Position numbers and translations under genes: made by a program
The notes under the pieces: generated by a model
What the model was told of the DNA's origin: nothing
The model's input: only the letters and a program-made list of their open reading frames with translations
Databases searched by the model: none
Part shown: positions 40,101 to 50,939 of the stretch, piece after piece
How the letters are laid out: every line of letters starts with the position of its first letter
Position numbering within the stretch: the stretch's first letter is position 1
Assembly: GCA_965637545.1 (NCBI GenBank)
Contig: OZ281495.1
Span: 26,474,001-26,538,000 of the forward strand
Length of the DNA stretch: 64,000 nt
Source: Phallusia mammillata
Lineage: Eukaryota
Direction: 5' to 3'

Positions 40101-42442
40101 ACTAAGGCGGAATTTTCGAATAAAATGCTACTCCAGCACTTTTCTAAAAAAGTTTTATCGAATCCAGAGTACTGAATCCTATTCTGTTTAATCCTATCAT
40201 CGAGTTGGACTTTTTGGATTTGTATAGTTAAGGAATTAAATCCCCACTTAGATGTTCCAAATTGCACTTTTCCAAAAAGTAAACTTGTCATTTTTTTCTA
40301 CAGGTTACCACAATAACACGAACAGACAAAAGCACGTGACATGACGTACCACGGTTTATTCGTTCTCTGGGTGAAGATGATGGAGGCTAAACGTAAGTTT
40401 ATAACAGCACACACTCCTATTTCTGTTTAACAATAGCTTTGTTCAGTACAAAGTAGATGAAGCAAACAGTAAAATATTTCTATGTAGGTTTCCATTTTTT
40501 CATTGTAGTTTTCCATTTAGTTTTGATAAACGGCAATTTAAATTTCGTTGGACTAACTGGTTTGTTTTGTGCAGGCGAATCGGATTTTCCTGCTGTTGGG
40601 ACCTTAGTACGTCTACATCGACACTGAAAACACCCACCCCAAAAGCTTCAAGGTACGAACTACCAAAAATAATTCTGCGCAATCTTTTTCCCAAGTTGAA
40701 AGCCAGCATGCAGTTCAAACGATTAGCCGTTTTGCAGTTTCTTCTTTTTTTTTGCTTATCTGATACAACTTTGGCTGCAAAACGATTCCTTAAAAAACTG
40801 CATCGTCAAGGGCCATACAATCTTCTTAACAAAACAGTTGTCTAACACAACTATCACACCGAAGTCGTTTAAAAGTGTTTAATCACATAAACCCCAGCTG
40901 GCTGTAATACAACAGTGTAACAAAACGTTGGCATTTTCTAATTTTCTTCTCTGTTTCAGATTCTTCATATCCATCAACTCGCCTTCAAGTCTCCGTCCCG
41001 TTATCATCTACAAAAATACGGGATGTCAGTTATTGGTAGGAGGCTGCTGCGTTATAGTCAACATTGAATGCGAGATTTTCACCTATAGGCCCATAACTCT
41101 ATGCTAACTTGCGCTGGGCCTCCATTCGTCATGGTCAGGTCCAGCGGATTGGAGGCCCACGTCATTTTTGTTTTTTTTGGTGCTACAAATTAAGTCGCAA
41201 TTAAGTTTATATGTAGTTGTAGCACCGATAACTAGGGGTAAGAATAGTTAGGCTGGGGCATTTTTGGGTTAGCGCGCCGCATTCCCCCTTAGTTATGGGT
41301 TTAGTTAGGCGCGGCGCGTTAAACTTTAGCGTTAAAACCTAGGGATAGAAACACGTCGCCCTCACCCACCCAGGCCCGCTGGGGGTCGATTCCACCGGAG
41401 TTTGATCCCCAGGAGTCAAAATTCCACCGGAGACTGGTACCGGTGCAGGCGGCCTCAGTCTCCCCTCATTTTTGGGCTGGAGAGGAAAGGTTCGCGAGCA
41501 CGCCGGCTAAAAATACCGTAAGGATGTTTTCAATTCCCCCCTAAAACTGTCTGAATTTGGGAGGGTCCGTCTTTGATGATGTCTTTTTCTGACCCTCTTT
41601 GATGATGATGTTGTTTGTCACAGTGTCCTAAATTTGTTTGCGGTCGCCTTTTTACACGTGGCACTTTCTCTGTCTTCCCTTGTCGTTATAAGCTTGAGCG
41701 CATTTTAACTGAGGGATTGTCGCTTGTTGTTGCACTGTTCCGTCGGTGCCGTGCATCTGTATTGGCTGAACGACCCACTCGCAGTTTATTCTTCCCTATG
41801 AATACCCTGGACTGCGGCTGGATTGCGATGTCATGCAGGTGCACACAATGTTCTTCGGTTGTTGTGGCAAAGCCTGCCACCCAGCGGATCTTGCAGCTCG
41901 TGTATTTTTCCACAGGTACTTTTATTTGCAGGTACATTTTTCCACAGGTTTTGTTCGTTTTTTATTCCATATGCTGTCTGCATATGTTATATTTTATTAT
42001 TAATATTATATTATATTATTACCTAACTACCCAAATCTCGCATTCCTTGTTGACTCGGTCGGATAAACCCATCTAAAAGCTCTGTTTGTTTCATAACTTT
42101 GCTTTTCGTGAGGTTTAAACTGCCAGGCGCGGCAGCCTCACATTTTACTTTTATAGGCTGCTGTTGAGAAGTCCAATAGATAGCGAGCTCAGAAGCTGTT
42201 TTTTCCTTGTTTTTGTTTGTGATCTAGTTGCGGCGGCATTATAGGGGCGCGCAGGACGATGGCGGTTCCACAAGTATGTTTGTGAGTTAGACTTAATAAC
42301 GTTAGGTGCAAATAGCACTGAAGAAGATGAACAACCAATCGTGTACGATTTGATAGGAGATCAACCAATCGCGTACCAGATGAACGAAGAACAATTTTAT
42401 AACTTAATTGAACACACGAGTGGCTTAAGCTTACTTTTATTT

Positions 42443-42968
42443 GACCACAACTAACCATTGGTGGTTACAGTTGTCCACGACTACATTTTAGTGGCAACAT
42501 GGTTACACAGGATTCAAAATAAAGTGACCTATAGGATGCTTTTGTGACTACAACTAACCATTGGTGGTATGGGGGAAATTGATATTACTGTTGTCCACGA
42601 CTAAATTTTAGTGGCAACTCGGTTTAGCTAAGATAAACGAACTACAACATTTACTCTGACAACAACTAACCATTGGTGGTTGCTTTTGCGAAAATGATAT
42701 TTTAGTTGTCCACGACTAAATTTTAGTGGCAACTTTATTTAGCAATCTTGAAAACAACATGAACGTTTTCTGTGACCACAACTAAACTTTGGTGGTTACT
42801 TTGAAACCTTTACTTAGTTGTCCACGAAAAACTTCTGGTGGCAACTTGGTTTAGCAGGTTTAAAAATAAAGTAACCGAAGTAATATTTCCATGACCATAC
42901 CTAAATATTGGTGGTTATTTCATGCAAAATGACATTTTAATTGTCCACGACTAAATTTTAGTGACAAC
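42443..42968. repeat. Array of 10 alternating palindromic repeats (A/B) with variable spacers, period 103-123 bp
   Basis: A = GACCACAACTAACCATTGGTGGT at 42443, 42546, 42658, 42774, 42893; B = GTTGTCCACGACTAAATTTTAGTGGCAAC at 42470, 42590, 42705, 42817, 42940. Confidence 0.92.
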
Positions 42969-43064
42969 ATACTGAACTGAAGTTAACAAACTAACCATCC
43001 TTTATTTATCACAGGAAACCAGCTTGTTTGAACTTTTACGCAGTTTAATATGCTGCTTGAAATA

Positions 43065-43178
43065 AGTAGTTTAGTATACTACTTGGATTTTGAACCTAAA
43101 AGTAGTTTAATATACTACTTTGAAATTAGAACCAAAACAACAAGGTAGTTTGATATACTACCAGAAAATTAGAACCTG
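43065..43178. repeat. Three copies of a hairpin-containing unit GTAGTTTRRTATACTAC...GAACC
   Basis: Copies start near 43065, 43101 and 43144. Confidence 0.8.
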
Positions 43179-43350
43179 ACTATTATAAAATTGTTTGTTT
43201 ATTGTGTAAAATCTTTCTAGGTTTAATTTGTTGTGTAATACACGTCGCGGTATAGGCGTTAACTCTTCCTTCCTTATTTGCTAAAAGTTGTTTAAAATTG
43301 GCAACCTAACTTAGATTATATTGATGTGAATGGGATGTGTTTGGATTTAT

Positions 43351-44673
43351 ATTCTCTCTAAATCGGCGCGGCGAATTTAGATCCAGTTTAGTTAATACTG
43401 CGAGCTGCTTCGTGGTTAAGTCAGCCAGGCAAATCGGGCCGCCATCGTCAGATGCTAGCATTTACAAGTACAGGGTCATAGTTACAGAGGCTGCTTGCAT
43501 AAGATCAAGGAATCTGATTTTGGAACGAGTTTTGAAGTTGAGCATTGTATATTGTTATGTGACGAACTAACACTGTTGTTTTGTTTTGCAGATGTATGGA
43601 AGATTGCAAAGGGGAAGCTGGTTATTTTGTATTCACGACTTTTTTTTTTTTTTTAGGTACGGCCCAAATGGCGAGGAATTTTGATGGAAAATTAGAAGGG
43701 TGAATAATAGTATAGTTTAAGCTCAAAAATTAATCCTATTTTTTATACACGATTGACACAAAACAAAAAACAAACAATGGAAAATTGTAATGGAGTATCT
43801 AATTATATCAAATGGAATCACAAAACAATAGTCAATCATATGGAGTATATATTGCTACGTAAGTGCACAGGTATCAAGTAGGCGCCCATTTGCAGAGATT
43901 TTTTTGGCAAATGGACCAGTGTTGTCTTCCTCGTCTCGGCCTGGTTCTGCGTCAGACGAGGGTCTCTCCACTGCCAACCAACGAGAGACCCACTGCGAGA
44001 GTTGGCACCTCGACGTGGTTCAGTGGCCTGATTTAGAACTAAGACCAACTCGCAGAACCCAAAATAATGCTTTAGAATTTCAATGTAAACAACAATAACG
44101 GATACCCAAAATTGTGCACAAATTAGTGCCCAGTGCTAATTGGTAAACCTGAAATTTGAACATGAAAAATGGTTTGTTTTGCAGAGTATTGAAGATTGTG
44201 TGGTTTGAAGGGAGGGTTATGCGTATTATTCAGTACAAATTGTGTAGTTTCACTAAATAAACTGAGATTTGTTAGCTGGGTTATAGTTTTATAAACCCAA
44301 ACTTGCTTACAACACCTTTCTGATCACATAAAACGGAAAATTGGACACATAAACTGACCTCCACCGTGTAATGAAAGAAATATGTGCAATATAGTCTTTA
44401 CGACTAATTCAAAAACGGATAAACAACAATTAGTTAAGACAGGTGGCTACATTAGGATTTAGTAAATCATTGGCGGGCTGCAAGTCTCAAATGATTGAAT
44501 TTGCTATTCTGATTGACCTCTTGTTTTGGGACCGAAATAATATGACCACAAAGTGCCGATATTTGCAAAGAGAAAGAAATCAACGCGATTATGTCGTCAC
44601 AAAGAGCGCAAAAGTCCTTGTTCATATCGACAAGTATTTTGATGATGAATTTAGGAATGTGACTACTGCAATC
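43351..44673 (+). repeat. Direct segmental duplication, copy 1 (~1.3 kb)
   Basis: Colinear with 45628-47025 (e.g. ccaggcaaatcgggccgccat, gagagacccactgcgagagttggcacctcgacgtgg, ggacacataaactgacctccaccgtgtaatgaa). Confidence 0.9.
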
Positions 44674-45627
44674 GGTTAGATGATTGTGTGCAGAAAGTTT
44701 TCGCGAGCCGCCCAAAACGTACCGACAGGACGCATGCGGCACGCGTGCCAGGATGAGTTATGACGTCATAAATTACCCGGTCTTGTTTCTTCATGCCTGC
44801 GCCCATGTAGTTTATGCTAGATTTGCACAAGTCAAAAATGATGCAAGGGCCACAATTAATGAACTGATTGTCGCAGGTTGCACGATATTATAGCTTGTAA
44901 AGTTTGTGCTATGAAATATCGTCTACATTCGACAGTGACTTAGAACTAAGAAATCCATTGATATGCCAGTGACAAAATCGAAATAAAATCATAAACTTCA
45001 AAAATTAAGTTTAGAGAAATGTCGACTCCCAAACAAACGTAGCTTATTAGTCACAGGATTAACAGATTCTACCAGACAATTACATATTGTGCGGAAACAA
45101 TACTACACAGTTGGAATGTTTTCGATAATACGTTATAGCTGTAAAATAATACCGATTTAAAATCGCAGTAACAAACCGAATAAACTTAAATCCTCTTCGC
45201 GGGTCGCATAAAGACAATACTCTGTAGAAAAGAGGCATGCTTCTATGAACGATAAAGAACCACAAAACTCGAAAATTCGAAAAACTGCTGGCTCATTGAG
45301 AAGTACCATTTTCGAAAGAGAAAAAGTATAGATCAGGCAGTGCATGTTGCCGTGGCGGTGGTTATTCCGCCGAATGAATGAGGCTGATTTGTGACATGAA
45401 GTTGCTGGTTTAAACACCACAAATCGACCCTGTTGGCTATGGCGTGTTAGCTCATGAGAAACTCTGTACCCAGGAAGGTCGGCACATTGTTCTCACCACG
45501 CTTGACTATCACTTAACTAAGTGCGGCGCAGTTTTATGGTTAGAAAGCTAATCTAGGTAATCTGCTTGCAAAAAGGTGCGTTTTACAGATAAAAAAGACA
45601 TAACCCATGGCACAAAGCCTTGATGCA

Positions 45628-47025
45628 ATTCCCTCTTTAAATCGGCGCTGCAAACTCAGATCCACTTTAGTTCTACAGAATACCGTGAGCTGCTTCGTGG
45701 TTACGGCAACCAGGCAAATCGGGCCGCCATGGTCAGAAGCTAGCATTTACAAGTACAGGGTCATAGTGACAGAGGCTGCCTGCATAAGACCAAGGAATCT
45801 AAATGCTGATTTTGGAACAAGTTTTCAAATTGAGCATTGTATATTGTTATGTGAACTAACACTGTTGTTTTGTTTTGCAGATGTATGGACGAAGATTGCA
45901 AAGGCGGGACTGGTTATTTTGTATTCACGACTAACGTTTGTTTCTGTTTTTATAGATGCGGCCCAAACGGTGAAGGATTTTTTATGGAAATTTGGAAGGG
46001 TGAATAATAGCATAGTTAAGCTCACAAATTAATCTTATATTTTTGTACACGATTGACACAAAAGAAAAAACAAACATGGAAAATTTTAATGGAATATAAA
46101 ATTAAATTGAATCAATCGGAATCAAACAATTGACATTCATTGGGATCATATGTGTTTACACGTAAGTTCAGAGGTATGATCTAGGCGTCCATTTGCAGTG
46201 ATATTTTTTTGGCAAATGGACCAGTGTTGTCTTCCTCGCTCGGCCTGGTTCTGCGCCAGACAAGGGTCTCTCCACTGCCATCTAACGAGAGACCCACTGC
46301 GAGAGTTGGCACCTCGACGTGGTGCAGTGGCCTGATTTAGAACTAAGACCAACTCGCAGAACCCAAAATAATGCTTTAGAATTTTAAAGTAAACAACGAT
46401 AAAGGATACCGAAAATTGTGCACAAATTTAGTTCCCATTCACTTTTAAACTAGCAAACCTGGATTTTGAACATGAAAAATGGTTTGTTTTGCAGAGCATT
46501 GATAATTGGGTGGTTTGAAGGGAGGGTTATGCGTATTATTCTACACTAATTGTGTAGTTTCACTTAAAATTTGTAAGCTGGGTTGTAGTTTTTTTAAACC
46601 CAAACTTGCTTACTACAGCATTCTGATCACATAAAAGGGAAAATTGGACACATAAACTGACCTCCACCGTGTAATGAATGAAACTGTACTTTTGTGCAAC
46701 CTCTTTTTTCTATTCTTACATTGGGAGCATTCGCAATGTGTGCAATATTGATTCTTAACAACTAAAAAAATGATAAACAACAATTAGTTAAGACAGGGTG
46801 GTTCAATACTTTAAAATAAAGGACTACATAAATATTTGCTAAATACTCGGCGGGCCGCAAGTGTCAAATGACTGAATTTGCTATTCGGATTGACCTCGTG
46901 TTTTGGGCCCGAAAAAATATCACTACAAAGTGCCAAAGTTTGCAATAAACAGAAAAAAATCAATGCGATTTTGTAGCCACAAAGAGCGCAAACGTGTTTG
47001 TTCTCATGTTTTGACTACTGCAATC
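45628..47025 (+). repeat. Direct segmental duplication, copy 2 (~1.4 kb)
   Basis: Colinear with 43351-44673, with small indels. Confidence 0.9.
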
Positions 47026-47139
47026 TGCAGCCGTATCAATATTTTTGTGGGTGTTGTTTTGTACCATTGTTGCCTTTTGCAATGTGTGTGCATGTTTTTT
47101 CTATTCTCTGTAAATTTAATAAAGTCATGTTATTTAACA

Positions 47140-47356
47140 CAGTGGTCGGCAACCGCCGGGCCGCGACGAGTTGGTTACCGGGCCGTATAATTTTTCAGGT
47201 TAAATGTTTGAAAACATTTTACCCATGTATCCCGGGTATAATAAACTCATTTAGGCGTTTTCGGTGGTAAATATTTGTAGTTTTGTGAACGCCGGTCCGC
47301 GATAAAATTTCAGTTTCAAAAACGGTCCGCAGTAGATAAAAGGTTGCCGACCCCTG
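47140..47356 (-). mobile_element. hAT MITE
   Basis: TIRs CAGTGGTCGGCAACC...GGTTGCCGACCCCTG; perfect TSD ATTTAACA. Confidence 0.93.
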
Positions 47357-47510
47357 ATTTAACAGATATATGGTTTATTGGTGCCAGACATAATATAAAT
47401 GTAATAGGTATCCTGCCCCCTTTTCTTTGTTTTTGGTATTGTTAAAAGTCTAAAAGTGGTATAAGTGTGCCTATAGCTTGGGCTCATGTTCATGCTTTCT
47501 TTATCTACAC

Positions 47511-48063
47511 CAGTGGTTCTTAACCGGTGGGAAATTTCCCACTAGTGGGAAATTTAATGTTTTTGGAGGGAAATTGTGTGAGTCAGAAGTCACCAAACTG
47601 GGGGGCCGTGGGTTGAAACTAACCGTTGAAAGTTAATTTAATACACAATTTTCCGCAACAACATGTAAGATTTACTTCACCTAGTTTTACAAGGCGCATA
47701 AAAATCCAAAAAATCGTTTGTTACGTCACAGACATTACTAAAAGTATCAATGACTTTGTTATTGTTCGCGAATAAATGCATTTGATCTGTTGATTGTGAT
47801 TCAATAAATGACTAATGCAAGCACATGGGATTTTTCAAAATTCCACCTGATTTTACTTTCTCACGAAATCACTATTTAAACCCAATAAGATTGCAGTATA
47901 CCTTTAAGGTCCCGACAAAATCGCTTCACAAAATTGTTTCGATTAAAGAATGTTTTTGTTAATGTTGGGCACAAAACATCATTATAAAAATAGCAGAGGG
48001 GGAAATTCGAACTTGGTGATTTACTTAAGTGGGAAACCACACCAAAAAGGTTAAGAACCACTG
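47511..48063. mobile_element. hAT non-autonomous element (553 bp)
   Basis: TIRs CAGTGGTTCTTAACC...GGTTAAGAACCACTG; perfect TSD ATCTACAC. Confidence 0.93.
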
Positions 48064-48544
48064 ATCTACACACTTGTGTTTATGTTCGTTTTTTGTACTT
48101 TTGGTTTAGTATGCTGATGTATTCAATATCTGAATTTTCATGCACGTTTTATTACTGCTTCTTGTTGTTTATTTCTTTATCGTGTTCTGTCTGATGGGGT
48201 TTAAATACTTGTATGTACAACACATGCATGTGTCTACAAACTAACCAAGCCATTAAGTTTTTTTCTTGTAAAACAGTTGTTCCTCAACGGGTGATCCATA
48301 ATGATTTTGTATGTAGTTCACAGGACGTCCATTATGTTTGATGATAAAAAGGAGATAGTTTTATACTGTGTATTGAAAGAGCGTTAAAATGCAAGCTGTC
48401 AATAACCTTGTGTCACTTCATAAAATTCAGTTTTTCAACGAGTCAAAATTCTTGATGTGCATGCTTATACTTACTCAAAATTAGATTGGGCCAAGAGATT
48501 CTTTTAATTGGGACAGTGATCCTATGTCTGAAATAAGTTGAGAA

Positions 48545-50408
48545 CTGCATCCGAATTTTAATTGCGCGAACCTGTATATCTAAATACACTGTATGACACA
48601 GATGCCTTTGTTAAATATTTGTTGCATTGATTGTTTTCACGAGAACATGAATATAAAGTGAAATTTGATTTTTTTATGATTGTGTAATAAATTAGATTGA
48701 GATAAATGTCAAGTGAGGGGGCATGGTAGGGTTATAACATGGGTCGTTTATTTCGAGTCAGATTAGGGTAATGTTGAAACAAATTCGTATTGAGGTTTAA
48801 TTTCAGGCTTGTATACTTTCAAGTTCAAGGCTCACAACTTTTAGTCTGTTTCTGTAAACTTATTTTTTCACGGGGTTCGAACCCAGGTCACCCCCGGGGA
48901 CGACTCCCCATCAGGGTTTTTATATCTGTATATGGGTCAGGCGCGCCAGACCAATTGCTATCACTAAGGGGGCGCTGAAGTATAATTGTGCGATTAGGGA
49001 GTTCTGGGAGAAGATAGAGCAGTTAAAACGAAACAAAACGACAAGTCATTTTGTCGGGCATTAAATATAGCAAAAAAACAACAAACATTACGATGAGCTT
49101 CAATAGGAACGGTGTTTGAACGTCACAATACACCGAGCGTTAACGTGAGATGCTAGGTGCTCCACTTAACAAAACAATTGCAGATTTGGCCCATTCCTGG
49201 TACCAAATTATAAAGCAAATGAGTACTTCCAGTAAAACATATAACAGAGAAAAAAAAACTGCTGTTTCAGGCGTTTATATTTGGTATACTTTTAACACAG
49301 GACAATGTATATGTTAACATTTTTGTCATGACAAAATAATTCACGTAACACAGTCTTAATGGTTACAAGCACCGATCACAAATTTTAGGATTCTTTAATG
49401 GAGCCAAGATGACTTTCGAAATTTGAAAAAAGGCCTCATATTTTTTTTTCGAAAACCGTGTCAAAATTTCGGGTTTTCGATTCCGGTTTAAACCGGTGTG
49501 GAGGTTCGCTAGGAGGCAAAAACCGACCAGAACCAGTTTGAAACTGGAATATTTCGTCGAAAACTGACCCAAAACCGGATTTTTCTTCGATTTTTTGACC
49601 CCGAAAATCGAAAAAAGGAAAGGCTATAGCCTTAGGGTTTTTTCGAAAATCGGGTCAAAATTTCGGGTTTTCGATTCCGGTTTAAACCGGTTTGAAGGTT
49701 CGGTAGGAGGCAAAAACCGGCCAGAACCAGTTTAAAACTGGAATATTCCGGCGAAAACCCACCCAAAACCGGATTTTTCTTCGTTTTTTTTACCCCGAAA
49801 ATCGGAAAAAGGGAAAGGCTTTTTCGAAAATCGGGTCAAAATTTTGGGTTTTCGATTCCGGTTTAAACCGGTTTGAAGGGTCGGTAGGAGACTAAACCGG
49901 CCAGAACCAGTTTGAAACTGGAATATTCCGGCGAAAACCCATCCAAAACCGGATTTTTCTTCGTTTTTTTGACCCCGAAATTCGAAAAAAGGGAAAGGCT
50001 ATAGTCTTTGGGTTTTTTCGAAAATTTCCCACCCAAAACCGCATTTTTCTTCGATTTTTTGACCTCTGAAATTCGAAAAAGGGAAAGGTGATAACCTTAG
50101 GTTTTTTTCGAAAATCGGGTCAAAAATTCGCGTTTTCGATTCCGGTTTAAGCCGGTTTGGAGGTTCGGTTGGAGGCTAGAACCAGTTTGAAACTGGAATA
50201 TTCCGGTTTGAACCGGTTCAAACCGGTTTGGAGGTTTGGTAGGATTATAAAACCCTACTTTAAGTTGAACTCCGTCTGATTTATTCCATAGCTATAAATG
50301 ATGGGTCATTTCGATGTTTTCGCGACAAAATTATGTAATAAATATTCAACAAAGGGGCATCAAGTTTGTTTAGACATGCAGGTTGGTGCAATTAAAATTC
50401 GGATGCAG
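48545..50408. mobile_element. Long-TIR (foldback-like) non-autonomous element
   Basis: CTGCATCCGAATTTTAATTGC at 48545 is the exact reverse complement of the 21-mer ending at 50408; imperfect inverted similarity extends ~100 bp; no TSD identified. Confidence 0.75.
49445..50245. repeat. Tandem satellite, ~180-195-bp unit, about 4 copies
   Basis: Recurrent tttcgaaaatcgggtcaaaatttcgggttttcgattccggtttaaaccggtt...agaaccagtttgaaactggaatattcc near 49445, 49640, 49820 and 50105, plus a partial unit at ~50015. Confidence 0.93.
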
Positions 50409-50939
50409 AGATTTCTTTTACAGAACACTGACAAGTGATAGCATCTCTTACAACACACTACGCTAAATAAGCATACACAACAAGCATTTTGATTTGGAAC
50501 ATACTTGGGTATGTTTTATATTTCAATTAAGTTCGCTTCTGACAGATTATGTTGTTGTTGTTGTTTTAGTTTTTGTCCAATCGTTGGAACCCTGGTAAAG
50601 TGCTTTTCTTGCAATACCGGCGATTTAAATATAAACTCGATCTATTTATCATATGAACAGCAAGAAAAGGCTTGGAAAAAGAATAAAGAGCCATCAATAA
50701 TGTGGCACGGCGCTACGGTTATAAAATTAAAAGATGGAAAATGGCGGTAAAAAAACAGAAAAACCAAAATCACCCACAAGACGAAATTACTACAGTATTA
50801 CACATCGTTTGTCAAAAATAAATAGTTTTCTAAATTGAATGTAGTTTTATTCTAAAAAACTGTTGCGTACGAAGGATTAGTTTCTTCACCATTGTCGATG
50901 CCTTAGAATAGTGCGAACGGGCATGCTTCGTAGTTTTTC

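Larger units (their letters stand above)
34300..41160 (+). ncRNA. Putative multi-exon long non-coding / host transcript (9 exons)
   Basis: GC-richer segments bounded by polypyrimidine-AG and GT donors: 34300-34363, 35021-35141, 36170-36279, 37558-38063, 39556-39657, 39865-39973, 40304-40392, 40575-40652, 40960-(~41160). Frames checked are broken by stops; the longest ATG-initiated spliced ORF found is 66 aa. The 3' end is uncertain. Confidence 0.6.

Noticed and set aside
37558-40392. Selenoprotein with multiple in-frame UGA codons
   Set aside because: TAA/TAG stops also interrupt the frames tested, the translations resemble no selenoprotein I recognise, and no SECIS was evident downstream.
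41615-42076. ORFs of 153 aa (+) and 83 aa (-)
   Set aside because: No recognisable domain, and the composition is typical of spurious ORFs.
42443-42968. Bona fide CRISPR array
   Set aside because: Eukaryotic intron-rich context, no cas genes, two alternating repeat types, and spacers that resemble each other rather than being independently acquired.
43351-47025. LTR retrotransposon / TRIM
   Set aside because: No TG...CA ends, PBS, PPT or TSD found, and no gag/pol remnants in the spacer.
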